DNA of 63,945 bases, counting the filler, from Thelocarpon superellum (Eukaryota), in NCBI GenBank assembly GCA_026025795.1. It is 4 parts of 4 records of this genome, joined end to end, with 100 filler letters (N's around TTAATTAATTAA, not from the genome) between each part and the next. Parts side by side here need not be neighbours in the genome. Positions count along the whole stretch, not along the records: positions 1 to 16,384 come from JAPEUG010000392.1; positions 16,485 to 32,832 come from JAPEUG010000393.1; 2 more parts are not named here. One strand, given 5' to 3'. The notes under the pieces are model-generated. The model saw only the letters and a list, made by a program, of their open reading frames with translations. It did no database searches and had not been told where the DNA came from. Shown here piece after piece: positions 12,236-24,035 of the stretch (position 1 is its first letter; the number at the start of each line of letters is the position of its first letter). The translations under genes were made by a program, and so were the position numbers.

Positions 12236-14039
12236 ATGGCTGCCGCGTCGTCAAATCTGGACTCGGGCGCCATCGCGCCTGAGAAAGACACGTCGCTCAA
12301 CACCTCGGCCAACCCATCACCACCCACGTCGGTGGCGCAGGAGAAGACGGTAAATCCCTACAGTGCCGACGAGACGGCGGTCGACGCGGCCGAGCGGCAC
12401 GAGACCGTGGCCGAGGCGGCGCGCGAGGAACGAGAAGAGTTCGAGGACGAATCGCGTTACCCTCAAGGCATCACCTTGGGTCTCATCACCCTCGCCCTCT
12501 GCCTGTCCGTCTTTCTCGTCGCGTTGGACCAGACCATCATCGCCACGGCCATTCCGCGCATCACGGATCAGTTCAAGTCGCTCGACGACGTGGGCTGGTA
12601 TGGCAGCTCCTACCTCCTCACCACGGCGGCCTTCCAGCTGTTGTTTGGCAAATTCTACACCTTCTTCTCCATCAAATGGGTCTACCTCGCGGCCATTGGC
12701 ATCTTCGAGGTTGGCTCCCTGATCTGTGGGGCCGCGCCCAACTCCAACGCGCTGATCGTCGGCCGCGCCGTGGCCGGCCTGGGCTGCGCGGGCATCTTTT
12801 CGGGCGCGTTGATCATCGTCGCCAACTCGGTGCCGTTGCGACAACGACCGGTGTACACGGGCATCATCGGGGCCATGTACGGAATCGCCTCGGTGGCCGG
12901 CCCATTGATGGGCGGGGCCTTCACGGATCGAGTGACGTGGAGGTAGGTCCCCTCGGGGATGGACGTTGGTCACCTGTGCTGACCCTGCCACCCGCAGATG
13001 GTGCTTCTACATCAACCTCCCCATTGGCGCAGTGACCATCGTCGTCATCGCCCTCTTCTTCACGGCGCCTTATCGGGAGGAAGTGGCGTCGCTGGGGTTC
13101 AAGGAGCGCATCAAGCATTTTGACCTGGCGGGCACGGCCGTCTTCATCCCGGCCATTGTGTGTCTGTTGCTGGCGCTGCAGTGGGGCGGGTCCAAGTACC
13201 CGTGGAAGGACGGCCGGATCATCGCGCTGCTGGTCATCTTTGGAGTCCTGATCATCATCTTTATCGCGCTGCAATTCTACCAGCAAGAGAGGGCCACGCT
13301 GCCGCCTCGCATCGTCAGCCAACGCACCGTGGCCGCGGCGGCCTGCTTCTCCTTCACGGCCGGCGCCGCCTTCCTGCTCTTCGTCTTCTACCTGCCCATC
13401 TGGTTCCAAGCGATCAAGGGCACGTCGGCCGTGCAGTCGGGCATCGACAATCTGCCCATGATCCTGAGTCTGGTCATCATGTCGGTTGTGGCGGGCGGCC
13501 TGGTCACGACATTCGGATACTATGCGCCCTTGATGATCTTCGGATCCGTCATCATGGCCATCGGCGCCGGCCTCATCACGACGTTTGAGACCGACACGCC
13601 AAGCGGCAAGTGGATCGGCTACCAGATCCTCTTCGGCTTCGGCGTCGGAGCCGGGCTGCAACAGTCTCTGATCGCCGTGCAGACGGTGCTGAAGATCGTC
13701 GACGTCCCCACGGGCACGGCGGCCATCATCTTTGCCCAGACGATCGGCGGCGCCCTGTTCATCTCCATCTCGCAGAACGTCTTCACCAACCGGCTCCTCG
13801 CCGGTCTCGCGACCGCGGCGCCGTCCGTCGATCCCAAGATCGTCCTGAGCGTGGGCGCGACCAGCCTCCAGGATTCCGTCCCCGCCGATAAACTGCCCGG
13901 CGTCCTCGTCGCGTACAATGCCGCGCTGGTCGACTCGTACTACGTCGCCACTGCCATGGCCTGTCTCAGTATCCTTGGCTCCCTCGCGATCGAGTGGAAG
14001 AGCGTCAAGGGGAAGAAGGTCGTCGCTGCTGTTGCGTGA
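12236..14039 (+). CDS. MFS drug:H+ antiporter (DHA2, 14 TMS; toxin-efflux type)
   Basis: Two exons, intron 12943-12997. Motifs [50 protein letters not shown], and C-terminal EWKSVK. Confidence 0.95.
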
Positions 14040-14070
14040 TTCCGATGTTGATGTACACCTCTTTTTCCTC

Positions 14071-14130
14071 CATCCATGCATCCATGCATCATGCATCATG
14101 CATCATGCATCATGCATCCATGCATTCCAT
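14071..14130. repeat. (ATGCATC)n / (CATCCATG)n microsatellite
   Basis: Visible tandem units just 3' of the MFS stop codon, between two convergent genes. Confidence 0.85.
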
Positions 14131-14253
14131 AGAGTCGAGCGGATAGACTGGGACGAGACGAATAGAGAGGTAGACAGTCTAGTACCTACAGTACCTACAG
14201 TACAGTACGTACAGTACAGTAATTGAATCGAAAGGAAACAAAGTATCCCTCCC

Positions 14254-16090
14254 CTATTGCGCCATATGAGTAGGCAGATTGACAGTTTTATAGTCGGCAT
14301 GCACAAACGCGCGATCCACAAACGGCACGCTCTCAAGCACATACTGCAGGCTCTCGCCGAGATCGTGCGAGTCGCGCAGCGGCATGGCCGGGTCGAGGAC
14401 AATGTCGACCTCGACGTTGAGCCGGTCGCCTGCGTGGTAGGCCTGCAGGCCTTGGATCTGGGTGATGGTGCGCGCGAAGCGCATCGTCAGGTACAGCAGG
14501 ATGTTGCGCTCGTCCGCCGTCGCGGACGCCCCCGTCAGGTGCTGGATGTGCATGTACGACGTCGCGCCCCAGTTGATGATGATGTACAGTGACAGCAGGA
14601 TGCCGCCGATGGCGTCGAGCGGCCAGAGATGGAGGTAGTATCCCACTTTGTACACCGTTAGTGTCGGGAGGGGAGGGAGAGTAGGAAAGGAGGAAGGAGG
14701 GAGGTACCGAGTGGGAAGATGATGCTAAACGTGTTGAATATCACGTCCGTCATCGCATCCTGCGCTAACGCCTGCACAGATGAATTGGGAATGAGCCTGC
14801 ACCAGAGCCAGCAGGCGAACTTGATCACCACCGTGCTGGCCATGATGACTATAGCGGATAGGCCGAGCTGGACCACGCTGTGGTCGCCGCTGGTCAGGCG
14901 GTTGAAACATTCCAGAAGCACCTGTACAAACGACGTGATCATCACCACGGAGAAGACCAGCACGCCGATGGGCTCCAGTCGCTGTCGCCCCACCGGGTAC
15001 GCGTATCGGTCCTTGCGCGCGATGAGCCGTGTCGTGATCCACACAATGGCCGTGCTGAGGAAGTCGAGCACCGCGTCCACCAGACTGGCCAGCACGGAAA
15101 GTGAGCTCGTCAGCACGATGACGGCGATCTTGGCCCCTAGCAGGATGGTGTTCGCCAGCAGGTTGATGTAGATGGCAACCTTTACCATCTTCTCTTCCTT
15201 CTGCTCCTCCTCCTCGTCCTCCTCTTCTTCCCGTGGACTCCGATGGCGGGTTCCATTGGCTTCTTCTCCTTCGTCGCTCAGCAATGGCGTGTCCTCGTTC
15301 GGCACCTTGTAGATGTTCTTCGGCGTGCGTTTGACTCTGACCCCCGCAGAGCTGGGGCTTTTGCTGCCCCCGTTGCCCTGGTCAAGCGGGGATGGTTCTT
15401 CACTGATCGTTTGGGGCACATCGACCGAAGCCGGCTGGTGGTATTCCTGGATCAACGTATGCGGGAGAGATGAATCGAGTAGTCGATCAATGTAGATGTA
15501 CTGTTCGATCAGGAAGTTGGTCCGTTCGTAGTATTGCCGTCTGCGCTGTCAGCGTCGCTCTGCCCATGGCCCCAGTACTTCATGGTTAGCGTACATTGGC
15601 TTCTGCATCTGCTTGAGTTCCTCCTCCGTCTTTCGATATGTCTCCCTGTCGCTATCAGCATGGCCACACGCCATGTCCGACGGACTCACCATTGGTATCG
15701 AGGATTACTGTTCCCAATCAATCGCATACTGCGCATCTTGGGCGTCATCAGAGTGGCATGGGCCGAGTTGGACTGTCGTCCGTCCTCGCCCTCTCCGTCT
15801 GCGCTCTCCAAATCGTCATCGTCTCTCAGAAGCGAAGATCGCCGTGAGAAGGAATGGTCGTCGTTTTGAAGAAAGGTCCGATGTCGTCGGGAGAAGGGAT
15901 TGAACGAGATGCCCGTCGATCCACCGGCGCCACCTTGCATCGAGGTAGTCGAGCGGGTCCGGAGTAAGGCTGGCAGGTGCGATCCTCGGGTCGACAAAAC
16001 CTCGTCGGCACTCAGAGGGAGGAATCCCGTGCTTGGGTGGATCAATCGCCCAAAGGTTGCTTTGGGCGGTGATATGGAGTAGTCCGACAT
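14254..16090 (-). CDS. Cation diffusion facilitator (CDF) metal transporter, Mn-CDF/MTP-like
   Basis: About 4 exons. Motifs SLVDAVLDF (DxxxD), RLEPIG, QDAMTDV, VEVDIVL, SHDLGESLQ, RAFVHAD. Long disordered N-terminus; start codon less certain. Confidence 0.9.
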
Positions 16091-16384
16091 GTTGGCTCCT
16101 CACATGGTGATCGACAAGGATGTGACGACCACCATCGATGCTAAGATAAAATGAAGTTCTTCTCGCGGGAGATCTTGTTGAATTGAGAGCTGGCCTAAGG
16201 AGCGCGATGCGAAGAGACTCCAGCCCTCGCACGAACGCTAGACAGTTCCCAGGTTGGCCAAGGAGCTGTCTGGGTGAAGTTAGTGTGTCGTCCGTCACGT
16301 GTAGTGGGGTGTCAAACTATCACCAGGAATTGTGCGAGGTTCAAAGTACCTCGTACCTCGTACCCTTGCTTGCCATCCGATGCC

Positions 16385-16484
16385 NNNNNNNNNNNNNNNN
16401 NNNNNNNNNNNNNNNNNNNNNNNNNNNNTTAATTAATTAANNNNNNNNNNNNNNNNNNNNNNNNNNNNNNNNNNNNNNNNNNNN
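16385..16484. other. Artificial contig linker (six-frame stop spacer)
   Basis: 44 N + TTAATTAATTAA + 44 N, identical to the other two linkers. Confidence 0.98.
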
Positions 16485-16939
16485 CTCCATCTCCATCTCC
16501 ATCTCCGTCTCCGTCTCTATTTCTTTTCTATTTCACACTCTTATCTCTCTATTTGTCTTGTGTTCTCTTTGTGGGACTGGAACTGGGAGGATCGCGCTCA
16601 TGAGTGGAGTGCACCGACGAGGAGGTTGGATGTGGGTGGGAAAGAGGAACGTGGAGGGTGGAGAGTGAGGAGAAAAAGGGGGGACTGTACCAACCACCAG
16701 GATCGCCACTAGGACCACTACCAGTAGCGACATGAGTATCAGTATCAATGTCAATATCATAGTTAATTCAATTCAAGATCATTAACATCAATATCATTGA
16801 CAGCAATACCATTGAGATCAATCCCCACCATTCTGTTGCATTCCAGATTAACGCCCCATCCTTCCTTCCTTGCACCCCACTGACTCGATTCCATCCAAGA
16901 GAAACCACAAGGGTGAGGGATGCTGATTACATAATGTAC

Positions 16940-19900
16940 CTATCTCCTTGCTGCCATTCCACCACCGCCGCCGCTGCCGGTGGTAGTAGCGATAGCAGGA
17001 GCAGGAGCAGGAGCAGGAGCAGTACCGGCCGCGGCGATGTAATCCCTGTTTTCAATCGTGATGCTCTTCGTCTATACATTCACCCTCACCTATTAGCTTC
17101 CCTTACCCTAATTCTTATCCTTGTGCATTTGAAGAAGACGAAGAAGTTGACAGGGGAGAAAAGGAAAAGGAGCAGGAGGTTGGGTCAATCTCACCATATG
17201 GTTGACTTTGTAGACCCCCACCAGGCGCGATGCCAGCTCGAACTACAATCGGGCCTCGTCAGCGTCGTGCCATCTCTCTTCAACGGTAAGAAGTGTCCCT
17301 CACCATGTTGTTGCGGAGCGAGATGACGATGAATTGTGCGTTCTTCGTTCGCTCTTTGATGTAGCTTGCTACGATGGACACCTTTTCGGTCTTTCCGTCA
17401 GTATCCGCCGGGCCGCAGCAGGGCGTAGTGGAGATGGAAGAGTGAGGAGGGGTGGAGGATGGAGGAACACTCACGTTTCGAAAGTCCAGCGCGGCGTCAA
17501 TCTCATCCATGACGTACAGCGGCGTGGGCTTGTAGTGATGGAGCGCAAAGACGAGAGCGAGAGAACTGAGCGTCTTCTCGCCGCCGGAGAGGTTGGAGAT
17601 GTTCTTCCACGACTTCTTGGGCGGCATCACGCTGAAGAGGATACCCTCGGAAAAGGGATCCAGCGAGTCCACCAGCTCCAGCTCCGCGTTGCCGCCCATG
17701 GTGATCATCTGGTACATCTCCTTTAGCCGCAACGAGATCATGCTGAAACCCTCCATGAAGCCCTCGAGGCGCATCTTGCGCAGGTCGTCGCATCGCTTCT
17801 TGACCGTGTCGCGCGACGTCACCGCCGTCTCGAGGTCTTGGCTGCGGCTGGCGTGCTCTTCGACTCGTCGGCGGTACTCGGCAAGGACGCCGAGCTCGAC
17901 GTTGACGTTTTGCGTCTTTTCTTCGAGTACCACAATCTCCGCCTTCAGCGTGTCTTTGTCCATGTCTGCCAGCTCGTCCTTCGTGTAGACCGGTAGCTCC
18001 TCAGCCGTCTCGACCTCGCCCAGGTCGCCGGTCTTTTGGATGGCGAGCTTGCTGAGCTTCTCCTGCCAGTATCGCGCCCGCTTCTCGTTCTCGACCAGCA
18101 CTTTCTGGTTCTCCTCCAGCTTGTTGCGCATCTCAATCTCCACCCCGCGGATCTCGTTCAGTTCCGCTTGCTTTTCGCTCAGCTCTGCCTTGAGTGCAGC
18201 GAGCTCCTCCTTTTTGCTCTCCAGCGCCTATGCTCGTCAGTCGCGCTCCCCGCATCCCGAGACATCCCGAGCCCTTCATACCTCTTGTGCTTCTTCTGCT
18301 CGCGCCTTGGCCCCGGACGCTACTTCGGCTTGTTTTCGGGCTTCCTCATTCACCCGCTCGAGCTGCTCTTCTATGCTGCGGAGTTCCTTCTGGGACTCGG
18401 CCTGGCATTTGTCGTGTTTGGCTTGCTGCTTCTCTGCCTTGGCTTTGGACACCTCGGCGGCCGAGATGGCTTCATTGAGCGAGTCGATCTGTTCCTTCAG
18501 CCCGTCCACCTTGGCCTTCTGCCCCCGCAGCCGCACGCCGCCCACTTCCATGATCTTATTCTGCAGGCTCTTGATCTCTTCTTCCACCTCGGTCGTCTCC
18601 GCGTACAGCTTCGTCACTTCCCCTTCCATCGTCGCAATCTGCTTCGTCAACGACGCCATGCGGCTGTCGTCCGTCTTGGATGGCTGGTGCTCCGTCGACA
18701 GCTCCTTGGCTCGTCGCTGCGCGTCGGTCAGGTTGCGTGCGGAGCTCTCAATCTCCAGCGTGAGCTTCTGCATCTCCGTCTCCAGGCGCGGGATCTGATC
18801 CTCAAGGCCTTGGAGCTCGGCCGCCAGCTCTCGCTGTTGGCTAAGAAACGTGCGCAGCTCCTCCTCCACGGCATCCCGGTCGACCTCGAGCTTGGCCACC
18901 TGCTCCTTGGACGTTTCCGCCACTAACTTCGAGGACATGCCGCCCCGGGCCACGCGCGTACCACCGCCCGACATGGTCCCCGACTTGTCGATCAACTGAC
19001 CGTCTAGAGTCACGACGCGCCACCGCTTGGCTCCGTAGGCGATGCGGTTCGCCTGCGTCAGGTCCTTGGCCACCAGCGTGTTCTGAAGGACGCTGAAGAA
19101 GGCGGGACTGAACTTCTCGTGTGTCGGCGTGACCAGGTCAAAGAGTCGCGGCACGTTTTCCGGGGTCTCGATGGCCGACCGATCTCGCTGCGGCAGCCGG
19201 TCGAGTAGGGTGAGCATGGTGCGGCCGAGGTTGTTCTTCCGCAGGTACTCGATGCATTGCTGTCCCACCTCCACTGTGTCGACCACCAGGTTATCGAGGG
19301 ACGGGCAGGCTGTCGAGATGGCCACGTCATACTTCTGATCGATCGTGCCCAGGTTTCCCAGGCGACCATGAAAGCCTTCGATGCGACCGGACTCCTTCAA
19401 TCGCATCAGACCGGCCAGCACGTTGCCTTGCGTCTGCGTGTTGGCCAGACTCGCGCGTGCCTCGTCAGCCTTCTGTCGCGCCCCAGAGATCTGCGCCCGC
19501 AGCTCGGGCTCCCGCCTGGCTTGACCATCGAGATTGCCGCGGATCTTGGCCGCCTTCTTCGTCACCTCGACCCGTTGGTCCTGGAGGGTCTTGAGCTCGG
19601 TGCGCTTGGCGACCTCACCTTGTTGGATGCCTTCGATGCGGGTCTGCACCTCCTCCAGGGCGAGGGCGCCGGCGTTGCTCTTCTCCTGCAGGATATCGAG
19701 CTCGCTCTGGGCGACGGCGATGGCGGACTGCTTCTCGTTGATCTTGGCGTTCCACGGCTCCAGAGACTTTTGTTTCCCCGCGATCTGGTCGGAGATGGGC
19801 TGCGTACGGCCTTGGAGCCCGTCTCGGATCCGTCCGAGCTCCTCCTCCTCGGCGCGCATCGTCTCCTCCACCGCGGCGACCTGGGCTCCATCCCGGTCGA

Positions 19901-21611
19901 CGTCGTCGGTGCACTTCTCAATCTGACTGGCGGCCTCAGATGAGGCCAGACGGCTGGACTGCAAGGTCTTTTCGAGCTTCTTCTGCTTGCCGCTCAAGAA
20001 CTTACGCTTCTCCTCGAACTTGACCGTCTCTTTGTCGAACTTGGCCATCTCCTTCATCACGGCCTGCGTCTGGTTCTCCAGCGCGTCGTATTCTTTATTG
20101 CCTCGCTTGTGGCGCTTCTCGAGGTCTTTCATGCCGGCCTCGTTGCCTTGGTGCCTCTCCATCTCGCCCGACAGTTGCTCTTGCATCTGGGCGATGGCCT
20201 CCTCGGTGACGCGGACGTTGTCGCCACACTCGTCGATGTAGATCTGGTAGAGGGCGGACTGTTTGACGGCCAGGTCGTTCTCGTCGCGAAGATAGGCCAG
20301 GGCCTTGTTCTTCTTGTCTTCGAGCCCGTTCCTTTCCTTCTCAACGTGCTGCACGCGACTGCTCTTCTCGACGCACACCTCGTTCAGGGTCTCGACCTCG
20401 GTGGCGGACTCGTCGATGGGGGCTTTGTACTTGGAGGTGCCGATGATGTCCTCGAGGTATTCGAGCAGGCCATCGTCGTGCTCGTTGGCGGCCTTGGGCT
20501 TCATCTGGGCAATGGATTCGACCTCGCCCTGGAGGATGAGGAAGCGCTTGTGGTCGAGGTCCACGCCACGGGCACGTAGGAGGGTGGTCACGGCGGTGAA
20601 GTTGGACTCGCGGCCGTTGAGGTAGTATTTGCTCGAATTGTTCTTGAACGCCTTGCGCGAGATGATCAAGGTCGAATCGGGCAGAATCTCGTGGCCGCCC
20701 TCGGGCAGGTCCATGATCTCCTGGAAGTGCACCTCGACCTCGCAGAAGTCGAGGTTGGTGAAGTTGGCCGAGTTGTGGATCAGGGCGGAGATCTTACCCT
20801 GCCGCATCTTGCTGGCGCGGAAGCCAAAAACGAAGAGGAGCGAGTCGATGACGTTGGACTTGCCGGAGCCGTTGGGTCCGACGACGGAGGAAAAGGAGGT
20901 ATGGAAGGGACCGACCTCCTGTCGGCCGGCGTAGCTCTTGAAGTTGTTCAGCACCAGGTATCGGATGACCGTCCTCGGCTTTGGGCCGGACGGCTCCGGC
21001 GGCGGGGCGATCGTGGTGGTCCTTGACTTCAAGACGATGTCCATGGGCTTTAACACGGGTGACTCGATGGGGGCCGGCTTGACGGGTTGCGCGGGCTCGA
21101 CCGACTCCACCGGCCCCCGAGTCGTGGGGGACTGGTTGATGGTGGTCTCGGTGATGTCGCCCAACGGCACGCTGGGGGCGATCGTGGGCTCCGGAGACAT
21201 GGACGGAGCGGGGGTGGGCAGTGGCGGCGGCCGATGGGAAACGGCCGAGGGCCGGGATTTCACGGCGGACAGGCTCTTCCGTTTCTTCGGCGAGGCTCTC
21301 TTGGTCGGCGAGTCGGGGTCGTGCATTTCGGACTGGTCGGGCTCAAAGACCGCGGACGGTTCAATGCTCTCGCCGGTCCGCGTGCGTCGACGTCGTGCCG
21401 CAGTACGTGGAGTGGCGGGCACGACATTGGTAGTCTTTCTGCGTGACTGTCGACGAGGACTTTGCCGCGAGGCGGGGGTGAAGTCCTCTCCGCTCTCATC
21501 GTCTTCCTGCGTGGTCTGATCCCGTGTAGGGACCTCCTCGTCCGACTCGTCCAGGATTTGGCGGCGGGTGGCGGCCCGTCGCGAGGGCCGGGTGGGTGAG
21601 ATGGTCGCCAT
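16940..21611 (-). CDS. SMC4: Condensin subunit SMC4 (Cut3)
   Basis: Likely ATG 21611 (MATISPTRPSRR). Walker A GPNGSGKS, FLILQGEVE, hinge GRLGNLG and RVVTLDG, signature LSGGEKT, Walker B YVMDEIDAALD. Short 3' exons FELASRLVGVYKVNHM and TKSITIENRDY...; TAG at 16940-16942. Confidence 0.96.
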
Positions 21612-21885
21612 GACCGTCGACGCGTCGAGTGCAAGGGGGCGATGTGACGTGGCCGGAGGGGAGGTAGTTGGAGTGCGCGGTCGGTGAGGCAGCTCATCGC
21701 TCATCGGCCGAATTGACGATTCGAGCGGAACATCAACAAACAGATTATGTAAGCGACGGAAGCTGCCGTCAGCCAATCACCCGCGCCAAAGGTCCATCGC
21801 GCTGAAGCTTCTTTATCTGCTTCCTCCGCCAGTCTAGTTTCTACACTCCCGTATCTGCCCTCTCCTCGACCGACCGATCGCCGGC

Positions 21886-22892
21886 ATGGATGAGGTGGTC
21901 GCGTTTGAGCGCGTGTTCGCCTTTGATCCCCATTGGACATATGACAACGGCACGGTGGAGGCCATCTCATCCCACCGACGCAAGCTGGACAATGAGCTGT
22001 TCTTCGATCGACTGCTGCGGGCACTGAGCGTGCAGCAGGCCGTCCAGCTGTATCCGCCACGGTCCAACCAGGAGCTACGCCGATTGCACCAGCGCATCGT
22101 GTCCAGTGCGGCGCCAGAGCACCATCGGCACTCCTTGCTCTACTACCTGCTCATGGACTGTCGCAGTCATGCGCGGGCGGCCGAGCAATTCGCGGCGCGT
22201 GTCTTCCTCCCCGACAAGTACAAGACCTACGTGGACGGACTGTGGCATATGGATCACCTGCAATTTCAGGTACGTCTTGGTCTGAGGTCCAGGTCGAGGG
22301 GTGGCTGACCACGGCGCAGGATGCGTTGGAGAAGCTCACGCAGCCGTCGCTCATCCCGACCTTTCCGGAGGAGATCCTGTACACCCTCCTTCGCCACGCG
22401 CCGCCGACGGATCCAACCCTCCCACTGTCCTACTATCACACGGTGTCGCCGGCGCTGACGACGCCCAAGATTCGCGACGCCGTCTTCGCCGCCCTCTGCA
22501 CGGTTAGCATCACGGAATCGTTTTCTTTCGCTCGGGGTTGGGATGACTTTGCCCATCGACATCTACTGGAGCAGCTCGTGGCACATGTGCTCTCGCAATC
22601 GAGCGGCGAGACCCGGGCGCGGGACGGGGTGGAGTTGGTGAATGTGCCGATGACGGAGGAGGAAGCGGGCTGGTTTGAGGAGTACCTGGCGACGGGCAGG
22701 GGCCGCACGCTGCATGGGGCGAAAGATACGCTCATGATGTGGCGGCTGGCCACCGGACGGTATGCGGCGGTGCTGGAGGATGGGAAAGGCCCCAGCGGTC
22801 GTAAGGTGGACGGCGTGAATTGGACGGTGCTGAGGGATGGGCTGAAGAATGGCATGGGCTCACGAACGGGGACCCTGTCGTCCGTCCGGTGA
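21886..22892 (+). CDS. ELYS-domain nuclear pore assembly protein
   Basis: Two exons, intron 22270-22319. LFFDRLL, LYPPRS, SLLYYLLMD, DGLWHMD and ALEKLTQPSL match the short fungal ELYS-like family. Confidence 0.8.
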
Positions 22893-23302
22893 TGTTGACT
22901 TGCGTGGTGGCATAGCGCGGCGTTGGTCTTGCCGGGGTCGGTCGAGAGCTACAAGGCCGAAGGTTGGGCGGCTGAGCAGGTTCCATATTTCTTGATGTGC
23001 CAGGTGGGATGCGTTCGTACTTGCAGCCCTAGATGTACGATACTACGGAGCTTGGGGAGGACCGGTAGTGCGACGTGTAGGGCAAAGAGCTTACCGTCGA
23101 GCTCGCTGTCATGCTTTTTAGCCCTGCTCGATTACCCCGAGTGGGCACCGCCCAGTGCCGACGCCCAAGCGAGGCTCTTTTGGTTAGTTGGTTAGTAAGG
23201 GTGGGGCTGCCAGGAGCAGCTGTTCAGGTCCGAGTAGCTACGAGTGTAGGAATCAGAGCTGAATTGCTAATCTACGCGTAGTCGGGATAGTAATAGGAGT
23301 GG

Positions 23303-23323
23303 GCACGTGATCAGATCACGTGC
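23303..23323. promoter_or_regulatory. Perfect 21-bp palindrome with two CACGTG E-boxes
   Basis: GCACGTGATC-A-GATCACGTGC, about 710 bp upstream of the CYP52 ATG. Regulatory function is inferred. Confidence 0.45.
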
Positions 23324-23498
23324 GCGCTCCTTTCCGAGTAACATATGTCACTCGTACGCCCGAGACCAACGCACGGAGCGTGAGACAGCGCTACGTTGCT
23401 TACCACGTACCACGTACCACGTACTGCGTACCAAACTTGGACCTCGGCACAAGGCGACGGACCACAGCGGGACATTCCTCAAGCGGCATGCTGTGGCC

Positions 23499-23547
23499 GT
23501 CCGGTGTCCGGCGTCCAGCGTCCGGCGTCCGGCGTCCGGTGTCCAGC
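23499..23547. repeat. (GTCCRGY)7 tandem heptamer; (TACCACG)3 nearby at 23401-23424
   Basis: Read directly from the sequence in the CYP52 upstream region. Confidence 0.85.
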
Positions 23548-24008
23548 ATGCCAGCGCTGTTGCACTCGTCCGGTCCCTGTACCAGTGTCCGGTGCTGTAG
23601 CTTTGGTGCCTCCAGACATAAGCCCGCACATCTCATCGGGTAGAGAGTCGGCTTCGGTAAAAGGCTAGAGGTGGGGCAACACTTTGCCGCAGATATTACA
23701 CTCATGCGCCCGCATGTCTGTGAATCTGTGTCTCCGTGAATGTGAGAGGGTGGTCAATGCAGAAACCCCGCTGGCACAGGTGATCCCCTTCTACCGTGGA
23801 ACCATTTGCCATCGAGACGAACCCCACGTGAAGGATTTACACCGGCGGGTCCTGGGAATGGTACTCTGCTGTGCTCACACATCCATTGTCGACCCCAACC
23901 TGCCGTCCAGACAAACATCCCCTACACTGACCCAAGTCGGACCAACTACTCGGCCTGCCCACGGCCACGGCCGCTGCCATTGCTGTAGCTTTGCCATTGT
24001 CATCGGCC

Positions 24009-24015
24009 TATATAA
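24009..24015 (+). promoter_or_regulatory. Putative TATA box of CYP52
   Basis: TATATAA in a GC-rich context just upstream of ATG 24036. It is unusually close to the ATG. Confidence 0.4.
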
Positions 24016-24035
24016 GAGAGCTCGCTCGTCGTTGC

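Noticed and set aside
16429..16440. TTAATTAATTAA as a biological motif (e.g. piggyBac TTAA site)
   Set aside because: It is identical three times, centred in 44+44 N, and gives stops in all six frames, so it is an assembly spacer.
21612..21776. N-terminal extensions in the ORF track (SMC4 from 21776, CUE3 from 29924, STT4 from 4863, CYP52 from 23991)
   Set aside because: They begin at non-ATG codons, inside introns or in promoter DNA; the downstream or spliced ATGs fit the families better.
23401..23547. Short tandem repeats as a CRISPR-like array
   Set aside because: The units are 7 nt with no unique spacers, the context is eukaryotic, and no cas genes are present.
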